A stretch of 64,000 nt of DNA from Candidatus Woesebacteria bacterium (lineage in GTDB: Bacteria; Patescibacteriota; Microgenomatia; UBA8517): positions 407,315 to 471,314 of the forward strand of contig CP055307.1 of NCBI GenBank assembly GCA_013374835.1, written 5' to 3'. The notes under the pieces are model-generated. The model searched no databases, was not told the DNA's origin, and saw nothing but the letters and a program-made list of their open reading frames with translations. Shown piece after piece: positions 9,121 to 18,432 of this stretch. Both the position numbers and the translations under genes were made by a program. The first letter of the stretch is position 1. Every line of letters starts with the position of its first letter.

Positions 9121-10746
9121 ATGAAAGAGAAAATATTTTTAAAAATAAGGTCGCTTTTTTTTGAGCGCGTGCATGATGAAGCAAAATTGCTTCATAAAGG
9201 AATTAAAAAAAATCCTTCTTTTCTTTTTATTTTAGTTGGGATTGCGAGCATTATATGGCTTTTGTTAAGAAGCGCCAGAAAGCCGTCTAGATTATCTTAT
9301 CCTTGCCAGAGGGTAGCTTCTGCTAATTCGATTATTTTTATAAGCTGGGTAGGATCGGTATTTTTAAGCATATTTTCCAGACGCATAAGAAGTAGTGGAA
9401 AGATTTTAGTAAGAGGCGGTTTGATGCTTTTTTCTGTTGCACTTCTTTATATTGCATTGAAGACGGTTTACGTCTATTACAACCATTTTAATTTTGTGCC
9501 CTATGCTGTTGGGCAAACCGGATCCAGAGTTGTTTGGGTAAAACAGGATGGAGCGGCTACGGGCTGGAGTTCGAATTACGCTACACGGGTTAACGGTAAT
9601 ATTGTTGATTCAATGATGGATACGGCAATAACAAGACTTACCGGACAATCGACTGTAAAAGCAGCTTGGTCTCAGCTATTTAAAAATCATAACGGAGGGA
9701 GAGACTATCAGGCGGGAGAGACATTTGCTATTAAGGTAAATTTCAATAATAGTTATGACAGTAATTTGATAAATGCTAATTCTAAAGTTGTTAATGCTTT
9801 ATTAAGACAGTTAATAGTCGAAGTGGGCGTTAAACCAACTGATATAAGTGTTTATGATGTTTCAAGGTCTTTTCCTAGTGGTTTTTCATCTGACATAAGC
9901 AGCAGATTTCCTGGGGTTAGATTAAATACAGATCGTTCTGTGTGTGTTAGTTCTGGTGTTGGTTCGGCCCAGCTTGGGTGTGTATTGCAGAACTCTAAGT
10001 ATTTGATAAATATGCCACTTTTGAAAGTTCATGGAGATGGAGTTAAAGTAAGCATGAGTCTTAAAAATCATTTTGGGAGTTCTAATTCTCCTTCTTCTTT
10101 CCACAGTACTATGTATACAAATTCCAGGACAAGTTCACAGATAGTTATTAATAAGCAACCCGTGATAAAGAACAAGACAATTCTGGTTGTGGGAGATGGT
10201 ATTTATGGAACAAAAAAGGGTAAGGAAACTAGCAACCCCGGTGGGTCTGATGGAATTATTCCTTATCCAAATTCGATATTTGTATCCACAGATCCTATAG
10301 CTCTTGATTCTGTGATGATTGATTATATTGCAAGCCAACCTGATACGAAAATTTCCGGAACTAATTTGAGCTGGGTTCAAACTTTATACCAAAATGCTGC
10401 AGCTGAAGGTTTGGGAACTTTTGATACGAGTGCGGATACCAATTTTGATTTTAAGTATGACAAAATTAATCTAGTTCGCTGCGTGAATGGCAGCTGTAGC
10501 GGAAGCCCTCTCCCTACAAGTGTTTCTACACCTACCCCTACTTCTACTACTACCCCAATTCCTACGTCCGTTAGAAAACCGGGAGATGCGAACAATGACG
10601 GCAAGGTTGACGGACTTGACTATGTAATTTGGGTGGATAATTATGGAATTACGAGTGGGGCTAAGTTTTCTTTAGGTGATTTTAATGGCGATGGCAAGGT
10701 TGACGGACTTGACTATGTAATTTGGGTGGATAATTATGGAAGCTAG
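9121..10746 (+). CDS. DUF362-domain protein with N-terminal TM segments, Pro/Thr linker and C-terminal dockerin
   Basis: KPSRLSYPCQ, AIKVNFN, INMPLLKVH..MSLKNHFG, STDPIALDS; two GDxNxDGKVDGLDYVIWVDNYG repeats. Confidence 0.75.
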   Translation: MKEKIFLKIRSLFFERVHDEAKLLHKGIKKNPSFLFILVGIASIIWLLLRSARKPSRLSYPCQRVASANSIIFISWVGSVFLSIFSRRIRSSGKILVRGGLMLFSVALLYIALKTVYVYYNHFNFVPYAVGQTGSRVVWVKQDGAATGWSSNYATRVNGNIVDSMMDTAITRLTGQSTVKAAWSQLFKNHNGGRDYQAGETFAIKVNFNNSYDSNLINANSKVVNALLRQLIVEVGVKPTDISVYDVSRSFPSGFSSDISSRFPGVRLNTDRSVCVSSGVGSAQLGCVLQNSKYLINMPLLKVHGDGVKVSMSLKNHFGSSNSPSSFHSTMYTNSRTSSQIVINKQPVIKNKTILVVGDGIYGTKKGKETSNPGGSDGIIPYPNSIFVSTDPIALDSVMIDYIASQPDTKISGTNLSWVQTLYQNAAAEGLGTFDTSADTNFDFKYDKINLVRCVNGSCSGSPLPTSVSTPTPTSTTTPIPTSVRKPGDANNDGKVDGLDYVIWVDNYGITSGAKFSLGDFNGDGKVDGLDYVIWVDNYGS

Positions 10747-10751
10747 CGTTT

Positions 10752-12263
10752 ATGGCTGGTAAGTTTATTAAAGTTGGAGCTGTAGGTACATTTTTTTTAA
10801 GCATTTTTTTGTTTTTATTGACGAGACCTTTGTATGCAGTGCGCACAGTTCCTACTCAAAGCGAGAGAGGAGGAATTTTTACATATCCTTATAACAATGA
10901 TTGGGCGGGAATGGGTGCCATTTTATTTGGAGCTCTTAGTGATAATTTTTCTAAGATGCCTCCTAATGGTCTTAAGATAAAACACGCACGTTTTCATCAT
11001 TTTAATACTTGGGATGAAACAGGAGGACACACAGGTTTTCCTTATTCAAAACTGATTGCTCTTAATAATTCTGAGATTGCCGCAGGTAGACCTCCGGTAA
11101 TGGTTACCGCGACATATCAAGGTAAGACAAGATATGTTTATTTTCAGTCTGGTTATCCTCGTGGGAATAATTATCAGCTTGCTGACGTGGCAGATGACCG
11201 TTTTATCGATTTTTTTGTTAATGAATATGTCAGAAAAATTGCCTATCCTGGACAAACAACCCTGGGTCCTGCTGATTGGATAGGCTCTGATAATGGAATG
11301 TTTAGCCCTAGCAACTATGGTGTTTTTGATGACAGTGGAAATTTTGTTCGTTTTGGAAGCTCTGGACTTGTTATGAATGATCCTTTTTGGAAAACTCCAG
11401 CTGAGTATTACGAGGATATCGCAACTTTTTTCAGAAAAATCAAAGCAAAATACCCTGATGTAAAGATAATGGTAAATATGGGATCTATGGGAGATTGGAG
11501 TAAATTTGAGCAAGTATATAAAGATATACCTGGAGTAGCTCACGAGGATTTGTTTGACCTTTCTAATGGTCAGGTTACTAATAGGGATATTATGTTTGAT
11601 TGGTGGACACGCTATAAATGGTTTGCTTCTCAAAACAAGGTTGCTCTGCTTCGTGTTAGAGGCATTCCAGATAATAATACGGACATTATTCGTACTGCTT
11701 ATTTGGCATATTTGATGGTGTATGGGGATAACTTTTTTCATAATTTACAGCCGGCTAGTTCTGATACTACTGAGCTTAATCCTATATATGCTCAACAAAT
11801 TAGAAACTCTGTTGGTGATCCGATTGGCGAGTTTAGTAGTAGTCAAGAATCCGGTAGGTCACGGGGGTATCGTTTATATTGGCGTCAGACTACAAAGGGG
11901 ATGATTTATCTTAATTTTACTGGTTCTACAAAGTCTGTAACATTACCTACGGATAAAGTTTATTATAATAGGAATGGCAATCGTGTAACATCTATAACTA
12001 TTTCTGACGGAGTAGGTGATTATGTGACTTTTGAGGGGAATCCTAGACCAACTTCAACTCCTAGTGCGACTTCAAGCCCTGTATCGGGTACTTTGATGGG
12101 CGACGCCAATGGCGATGGCAGGGTCGATGGGCTTGACTATGTAATTTGGGTGGATAATTATGGAATTACGAGTGGGGCTAAGTTTTCTTTAGGTGATTTT
12201 AATGGCGATGGCAGGGTCGATGGGCTTGACTATGTAATTTGGGTGGATAATTATTCTTTATAA
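10752..12263 (+). CDS. Secreted putative glycoside hydrolase (GHL15/GH168-like) with dockerin
   Basis: Signal peptide; DWIGSDN, IMVNMG, GVAHED, GDPIG..LYWRQ..GMIYLN; double dockerin. The family call is tentative. Confidence 0.55.
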   Translation: MAGKFIKVGAVGTFFLSIFLFLLTRPLYAVRTVPTQSERGGIFTYPYNNDWAGMGAILFGALSDNFSKMPPNGLKIKHARFHHFNTWDETGGHTGFPYSKLIALNNSEIAAGRPPVMVTATYQGKTRYVYFQSGYPRGNNYQLADVADDRFIDFFVNEYVRKIAYPGQTTLGPADWIGSDNGMFSPSNYGVFDDSGNFVRFGSSGLVMNDPFWKTPAEYYEDIATFFRKIKAKYPDVKIMVNMGSMGDWSKFEQVYKDIPGVAHEDLFDLSNGQVTNRDIMFDWWTRYKWFASQNKVALLRVRGIPDNNTDIIRTAYLAYLMVYGDNFFHNLQPASSDTTELNPIYAQQIRNSVGDPIGEFSSSQESGRSRGYRLYWRQTTKGMIYLNFTGSTKSVTLPTDKVYYNRNGNRVTSITISDGVGDYVTFEGNPRPTSTPSATSSPVSGTLMGDANGDGRVDGLDYVIWVDNYGITSGAKFSLGDFNGDGRVDGLDYVIWVDNYSL

Positions 12264-12320
12264 TCTACTTTAATAAAAAAGTTCTTGTAAAAGGATTTTT
12301 AAATAAATAATATTTAAAAT

Positions 12321-13685
12321 ATGTTCAAAAATTTAATTATAAGCTTTTTTGTATTTGGTATATATTGTTTTTTGTTTTTTAAGTTTGCTTTAGCTCAGAG
12401 TTTTCCTACAATTTCTATTGAATCGTATGTTTCAGGATTTGATAGACCTATTAATATTGCAAATCCTAGTGATGGCACAAATAGACTTTTTATTGTGGAG
12501 CAGATCGGTCGAGTAAGAATTATTGAGGATGGTTCGCTTCTTGATGAGCCTTTTTTAGACATTCGTTCAAAAGTTTCTTGTTGTTATGAAAGGGGGCTAC
12601 TTAGTATTGCATTTTCTCCTAATTACAGAAGTAATGGACATTTTTATGTTAATTATACAAATAAAAGCGGAGATACTGTTATTTCGAGATTTACTGTGTT
12701 GTCGACTGATCCTAATAAAGCAGATTCTTCATCTGAGGAGATAATTTTAACTATTGATCAACCTGCGGGGAATCATAATGGTGGACACATGGAGTTTGGG
12801 CCTGATGGGTATTTATATATTGGCATGGGTGATGGGGGTGGAAGCGGGGATCCTGATAATAATGGTCAAAATAAAAATACTCTTCTTGGAAAGATGCTTA
12901 GAATAGATCCGGAAAACGCAATTGGTTCTAATAAGTATGCTATACCTAGTTCAAATCCTTTTTATAATCAAGAAGGTGTTCGTGGTGAAATCTGGGCATA
13001 TGGTCTGAGAAATCCTTGGAGATTTTCTTTCGATTCGAAAACTGGTGATTTATATATAGCTGACGTTGGGCAATTTAAACTTGAGGAGGTAAATTTTCAA
13101 TCAGCTAATTCTACTGGTGGTCAAAATTATGGATGGAGAATAATGGAGGGAACAAGTTGCTTTAATCCCTCTAATTGTAATAAGGAAGGGATTACCTTGC
13201 CAGTTATTGAATACAACCATAGTCAAGGGTGTTCCATAACTGGAGGTGTTGTTTATCGTGGACATGAGTACCCTCAACTGGATGGGATTTATTTTTATGC
13301 AGATTATTGTTCCGGGCGTTTTTGGGGATTGAAAAGATTTGATGATCACTGGCAAAGCACATTATTGTTGACTACTCAGTATCAGCCTACCAGTTTTGGA
13401 AGAGATAAAAATGGGAGGGTTTATTTTACTGATTTGGCAAATAATACAGTTTATGAAATAGTTGGAGATACTGTGCCTGCAAGCGGTATATCAAGTCCTA
13501 CAGCTTCATCGACTATCCCGGGAGATGGAAATAGTGACGGTCGTGTTGATGGGCTTGATTATGTTATTTGGGTGGATAATTATGGGAATCCAAATGTTCA
13601 TGGGGCACATGACGGGGACTTTAATAATGACGAAAAAGTGGACGGACTAGATTATGTTATTTGGGTGGATAATTATACAGTTTAA
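12321..13685 (+). CDS. Secreted PQQ-dependent sugar dehydrogenase (GSDH family) with dockerin
   Basis: ERGLLSIAF, NHNGG..FGPDGYLYIGMGDGG, GKMLRID, AYGLRNPWRFSFD; double dockerin. Confidence 0.9.
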   Translation: MFKNLIISFFVFGIYCFLFFKFALAQSFPTISIESYVSGFDRPINIANPSDGTNRLFIVEQIGRVRIIEDGSLLDEPFLDIRSKVSCCYERGLLSIAFSPNYRSNGHFYVNYTNKSGDTVISRFTVLSTDPNKADSSSEEIILTIDQPAGNHNGGHMEFGPDGYLYIGMGDGGGSGDPDNNGQNKNTLLGKMLRIDPENAIGSNKYAIPSSNPFYNQEGVRGEIWAYGLRNPWRFSFDSKTGDLYIADVGQFKLEEVNFQSANSTGGQNYGWRIMEGTSCFNPSNCNKEGITLPVIEYNHSQGCSITGGVVYRGHEYPQLDGIYFYADYCSGRFWGLKRFDDHWQSTLLLTTQYQPTSFGRDKNGRVYFTDLANNTVYEIVGDTVPASGISSPTASSTIPGDGNSDGRVDGLDYVIWVDNYGNPNVHGAHDGDFNNDEKVDGLDYVIWVDNYTV

Positions 13686-13787
13686 ATTTTCCTGCTAGCA
13701 GGGTTCATTTCTTCATATAATTATTTTATTGTTAAGTAATCAATTCTTGAATCCTAGTGTATTTAGAGGGTATTATTGAACAAGCGA

Positions 13788-15368
13788 ATGCTTAAGAAGA
13801 TTTTTATCGGTTTTTGGGCGATTTTTTGTTTTTTTGTTTTTACTGGTACAGTATATTCGGAGTCTCCAAATAGGTCGTGGGAAGAGGCTTATGATAAGAA
13901 GAATATAAGGCACTCAAGCGGTATGGTTACCGATTCTTCGGCAGATATGCTTAAGCTTCCAAGTGTGCTTTATAGATATCCTGCCAATCCTGATTTTACA
14001 ATAGCGAAAATACAGCCTACTGTTGAATTTGGTATTCCCCAGCTCGTACCAGAATATTTGAGTAGTGGAGGGCCTTATGGTGGTTGGGCAAGGAGTTTTT
14101 ATGGGCCTGATGGAAAGTTTTATTTTACTATTGGCAATCATAATAGATATGCGGCAGATGCCTTTTTGTTTACTTATGATCCGGCTACCAAGACACACAG
14201 CAGAATTTTGAGTACCAAAGAAGTTTCCGGTTGGAGTGATAGCGATTATGGAGATGGCAAACTTCACGGAGATCCCGTTATTTCTCCTAATGGTGATATG
14301 TGGCTTTTGACTTTTTGGGGACCGGAACCGAGTTTATCTGATTTCGGATCTAGCTATTTTGGTGGACATTTAATTTTCTATAATATTTTTAGCAAAAAGT
14401 CTGAATATCTTGGTAGGCCTGTTTCGGATGATAGTTGGCCTGCACATGTATGGGATTGGGAGAGGGAAAGACTTTATGCTGTTGGGGAATGGAGTCGGTA
14501 TTATGGAAAAGAAGGTTATGGAAAATTTATGATTTATGATACAAAAAATAGGAAAGTTGTTTTTGAAGGTTTACCCAAAACAGAAGGTGGAGAAGAAATA
14601 CATTGGTATCATAGGTCAGTGCTTCTTGATAGAGAGACGGGTATTATATATGGAACAGAGTCTTCACCTCCCTATCGTTTTGTGAGTTATAATCCAGCAA
14701 CAGATAAATTTTTGTTTCAAAATGCGAGACTTTCCTCTCCGCTTAGGGCGTGGACAAAAAGAAAAGACCCAAATCGCGCATTTTGGATTTTTGATTATGA
14801 TGGAAATATATATAAATTTTTTCCAGCAGAAGATCGAGTTGAGAAAATCGGGAAAAATTGGATGAATGGTACTTATATTGCGGATATAGAGTTAAGTCCT
14901 TCCGGAAGATATTTGTATTATCCAGTAGCTTCAATAAGTAGTGATTATGGTTTTCCGATAGTTCAATATGATACTCAAAAAAATACTAAGAAGGTTATTG
15001 CGTTTTTATCTGAATACTACCATCGGGAGTATGGGTATGGGATTCAGGGTAGTTACGCTGTTTCATTAAGTCAAGATGGAAGTTCTCTTTTTGTTCAGGT
15101 AAATGGGAGATTTTGTCCGGGTGTACGAGATAAGGCATATGGTCGCCCTGCAATCTTTCATATAAGGATCCCCTCTTCTGAAAGAAGTGAAGATTTTATG
15201 TATGGAGATGGAAATAGTGACGGTCGTGTTGATGGGCTTGATTATGTTATTTGGGTGGATAATTATGGCAAGCTAAACCCAAATGGTCCAGCCGATGGTG
15301 ATTTTAATAAGGACAATAAAGTTGATGGGCTTGATTATGTTATTTGGGTGGATAATTATGGAATTTAA
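13788..15368 (+). CDS. Secreted beta-propeller-like protein with dockerin
   Basis: Signal peptide; blade-like repeats (GPDGKFYF, YDPAT, LSPSGRYLYY); double dockerin. Confidence 0.65.
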   Translation: MLKKIFIGFWAIFCFFVFTGTVYSESPNRSWEEAYDKKNIRHSSGMVTDSSADMLKLPSVLYRYPANPDFTIAKIQPTVEFGIPQLVPEYLSSGGPYGGWARSFYGPDGKFYFTIGNHNRYAADAFLFTYDPATKTHSRILSTKEVSGWSDSDYGDGKLHGDPVISPNGDMWLLTFWGPEPSLSDFGSSYFGGHLIFYNIFSKKSEYLGRPVSDDSWPAHVWDWERERLYAVGEWSRYYGKEGYGKFMIYDTKNRKVVFEGLPKTEGGEEIHWYHRSVLLDRETGIIYGTESSPPYRFVSYNPATDKFLFQNARLSSPLRAWTKRKDPNRAFWIFDYDGNIYKFFPAEDRVEKIGKNWMNGTYIADIELSPSGRYLYYPVASISSDYGFPIVQYDTQKNTKKVIAFLSEYYHREYGYGIQGSYAVSLSQDGSSLFVQVNGRFCPGVRDKAYGRPAIFHIRIPSSERSEDFMYGDGNSDGRVDGLDYVIWVDNYGKLNPNGPADGDFNKDNKVDGLDYVIWVDNYGI

Positions 15369-15397
15369 GTTCAAGATTAGTTAGGATGTTTATTTTT

Positions 15398-17089
15398 ATG
15401 GGTTTTATTAAAAGAATAATTTTAGAGGTACTCCTATTATTATTTTTATTTTTTATTAATTCAAAGTTTGTTTTTGCTGAAACTCCAAATAGAAGCTGGG
15501 AATTAGCTTATGATAAGCTTAATATAAGAAGACAAAATAAGATGTTTACAGATAATTCTTTAGATTTTTTGAAGGTACCCTCTTATACTTCAAGTCATGG
15601 TGCAAGCATAGCTAAGACACCGCCTATCATACATTTTGGAATTGTACAGCTTACTCCAGAGTATCTTCCTGGAAGCTATCCTCGGGCTGCTTATGGAGGT
15701 TGGGGTGAGGGTGTTACAGGACCTGATGGTAATTATTATTTTGCAATTGGGAACCATGGTAGTTATGCGGATTCGGATGGGCCTGCCGCTAATGCTTATA
15801 TAATAAAATACGATCCTCAAGTAAAGAGACATCAAATAGAGTTGAGTAACAAAGAGGTTTGTGGATGGAGCGATTCTACTTATGGTGATGGAAAACTACA
15901 TGGTGAACCGTATATTGCTTCAAATGGGGACATGTGGCTTCTTGGTTTTTTTGGAGCTTATCCTCGCCGATCTGATTGGGGAACAAAGTATTTTGGTGGT
16001 AGTCTTATATATCACAATATTTTTACAGGTAAATCCGAATGTTTGGGGCGGCCAGTAGAAGATGACGCGTGGCCTATACACACTTGGGATTGGCAGAGGA
16101 ATAGGCTTTATGCGATTGGTGAATGGGGTGTGACAAATGATGGTGGTTTTAGCGGAGATGAGTACCGTTTTAATGGTTATGGAGCTTGGGATTATGGTAA
16201 ACTTTTAGTCTATGATACAAAGAATCGGACCATTATTTATGGTCAGGTTCCCAAAGTAAGTACAACGAGTGAGACTATTAAGTGGTGGAGAAGAGGTCTT
16301 TTGTTAGATAGAGAAACGGGTAAATTATATGGTACATCAACAACTTCGCCATATAATTTTTATAGTTATGATCCTATTTCAAATAAATTTTCTAAGATGA
16401 ACGCTAATCTTTCTGCTCCTCTTATTTCTTGGCCAAAGAGAAAAAATAAAGATGGTTCTTTTTACATTTTTGATAGAAATGGGGGTTTTTATAAATTTTA
16501 TCCAGAGCAAGATTACGTTCAACGAATAGGAAATAATTATGGAAGTACTTATACAGAGACTATGGAATTAAGTCCAGGTGGTCGTTATCTTTATTATATA
16601 CCCGATTCTAATGATGCCGGTGAATTGGGTTTCCCTATTATTCAGTACGATACACAAACGGGACAAAATAAAGTAATAGCGTTCTTGATGGAGTTTTATT
16701 TTTTAAAGTACGGCTATGCTCCTATAGGTTGTTATGGTCTTTCTTTAAGTAGTGATGGTGCCCATCTTTATGCGCATGTAAATGGGCGATTTGGGCCTGA
16801 TAGGAGTACTTATGGCGGTACTAGGCCTTCTATTATTCATGTTGAAATTCCAGCCTCGGAAAGAAGTGGTGATCCTGTACCAAGCGCAACTCCCCATCCT
16901 TCTTTTTCACCTACCCAAAAGCCTGGGGATGCAAATTTAGACGGGCGGGTTGATGGGCTTGATTATGTTATTTGGGTGGATAATTATGGAGTGACTAGCG
17001 GAGTTGATTTTTCTAAGGGTGATTTTAACAACGATTTCAAGGTTGATGGGCTTGATTATGTTATTTGGGTGGATAATTATGGAAATTAA
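15398..17089 (+). CDS. Secreted beta-propeller-like protein with dockerin (paralog of the preceding gene)
   Basis: Shares PNRSWExAYDK, AIGNH/TIGNH, YGDGKLHG, WDW.R.RLYA with 13788-15368; double dockerin. Confidence 0.65.
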   Translation: MGFIKRIILEVLLLLFLFFINSKFVFAETPNRSWELAYDKLNIRRQNKMFTDNSLDFLKVPSYTSSHGASIAKTPPIIHFGIVQLTPEYLPGSYPRAAYGGWGEGVTGPDGNYYFAIGNHGSYADSDGPAANAYIIKYDPQVKRHQIELSNKEVCGWSDSTYGDGKLHGEPYIASNGDMWLLGFFGAYPRRSDWGTKYFGGSLIYHNIFTGKSECLGRPVEDDAWPIHTWDWQRNRLYAIGEWGVTNDGGFSGDEYRFNGYGAWDYGKLLVYDTKNRTIIYGQVPKVSTTSETIKWWRRGLLLDRETGKLYGTSTTSPYNFYSYDPISNKFSKMNANLSAPLISWPKRKNKDGSFYIFDRNGGFYKFYPEQDYVQRIGNNYGSTYTETMELSPGGRYLYYIPDSNDAGELGFPIIQYDTQTGQNKVIAFLMEFYFLKYGYAPIGCYGLSLSSDGAHLYAHVNGRFGPDRSTYGGTRPSIIHVEIPASERSGDPVPSATPHPSFSPTQKPGDANLDGRVDGLDYVIWVDNYGVTSGVDFSKGDFNNDFKVDGLDYVIWVDNYGN

Positions 17090-18371
17090 GAAATTGTCAA
17101 ATAAGTTCCTTTTTTTGCTTTTTTTTGCAGCGTTTTATTTTTTTGTTTCTCCAGTTTCGTCTTATGCTATGAATTGTCCAGGTGCTAAAAAAGGTCGTTA
17201 TCATGGTGTTTATGGTGTATGGTCAACGAGTGATTATCAATATTTGGCTGCACATGGCGTGAATTGGATAGTTGTTGAGATTTGGGATTACGATCCTCTT
17301 AAAGGTCTTGAGGCATTAAATGCAGCTGCGGATAATAATATCAAAGTTGCAATTTTAATTATTCAACGAGGTGAATTTGGGTCAAGTTCGTTTACTTTGG
17401 CTGAAGCAGATAAGCGCTTTAAGCGTTTTTTTAATTATGTAATTCCTTCAAACAACAAATATGCTCCCGGAAAAGAGCTTAAATATCATCCTGCGTTAGC
17501 TGCTAATTATGCTTATAGTATGAATCATCAAGTTTTAGATGATTGGGCTAATGGTACGAGTAAAATCAACGTATTAGTAACAGAGCATAGAAAGAAGATA
17601 TATGAATTTAATAAAGAGATGACAATGAGGGATGATGGAACCTGGGTTCCCCTGCTTGTACATTATAGGTCAGTAATTCAAATGGAAAAATATGATAATT
17701 GGCATGGTGATGGCATAAAGAGGGGTTTTGAAGCTGGAGAAGCAGATATTGCGCTTCTTCATGACTATCCGCTTTTTTATACACATGAGGGTGATAACGA
17801 TCCGACAACAGGACCTGCTGAAGAAATGCTTGCTTTTTTTAAGCGTGAGCGTGATTACATTAAAGCTCGTGATTCAAATATAGAGATTAATATGCTTCTT
17901 GGAGCGACTGTGGGCGGAAGTATGCCTACACCTTCTCAATTTGAACAATGGGCCTGTATGCTGGCTCAAGCTGGTGGTGCTGATGCTATTTCGTGGTGGC
18001 CTTGGAGACATGGACAATATTCTTCTCAACTAGGGTCGATGTCAGGAGGTAGCTATATGTATCCAGATCAGCATTGTGCACTTTATAGTATTGCTGCTTC
18101 GTTCATACCTGAATGGCTTAGACAGAATTCACCCAATCCTCCGGGACATTGTCCTGATATTCCCATACCTAGTATAGTTCCATCAGCTACTCCTTCAGTG
18201 AAGTTTGGTGATGCTAATGGAGACTTCCGCGTTGACGGGCTTGATTATGTTATTTGGGTGGATAATTATGGTATGAGCAGTGGCGCTGATTTTTCAAAGG
18301 GGGATTTTAATGGAGACTTCCGCGTTGACGGGCTTGATTATGTAATTTGGGTAGATAATTATGGTACTTGA
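17079..18371 (+). CDS. Secreted putative glycoside-hydrolase-like (TIM-barrel-like) protein with dockerin
   Basis: Signal peptide from ATG 17079; YLAAHGVNWI, DIALLHDYP, GADAISWWPW; Pro linker; double dockerin. Confidence 0.5.
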   Translation: MEIKKLSNKFLFLLFFAAFYFFVSPVSSYAMNCPGAKKGRYHGVYGVWSTSDYQYLAAHGVNWIVVEIWDYDPLKGLEALNAAADNNIKVAILIIQRGEFGSSSFTLAEADKRFKRFFNYVIPSNNKYAPGKELKYHPALAANYAYSMNHQVLDDWANGTSKINVLVTEHRKKIYEFNKEMTMRDDGTWVPLLVHYRSVIQMEKYDNWHGDGIKRGFEAGEADIALLHDYPLFYTHEGDNDPTTGPAEEMLAFFKRERDYIKARDSNIEINMLLGATVGGSMPTPSQFEQWACMLAQAGGADAISWWPWRHGQYSSQLGSMSGGSYMYPDQHCALYSIAASFIPEWLRQNSPNPPGHCPDIPIPSIVPSATPSVKFGDANGDFRVDGLDYVIWVDNYGMSSGADFSKGDFNGDFRVDGLDYVIWVDNYGT

Positions 18372-18432
18372 TTTTTTTCTTGAAAGTATTTTATTCTTAA
18401 TAAAGTATTTTATTTTTAATTTTATTTAAAGG

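Larger units (their letters stand above)
10582..18366 (+). repeat. Twelve near-identical dockerin-coding repeats, two per gene
   Basis: Core gaYggRctWgaYtatgtWatttgggtRgataattat in modules at about 10582-10740, 12099-12254, 13521-13676, 15204-15362, 16925-17083 and 18207-18366. Confidence 0.9.

Noticed and set aside
10582-18366. CRISPR array suggested by recurring ~40-bp repeats
   Set aside because: Repeats are in-frame dockerin codons occurring in pairs more than 1 kb apart; no spacer array or cas genes
10582-18366. Diversity-generating retroelement template/variable repeats
   Set aside because: No reverse transcriptase in the window; differences are mostly synonymous and not adenine-specific
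9121-18371. Calling the locus a true cellulose-degrading cellulosome
   Set aside because: No GH48/GH9/GH5 cellulase, CBM3 or multi-cohesin scaffoldin is recognisable; only the architecture is analogous
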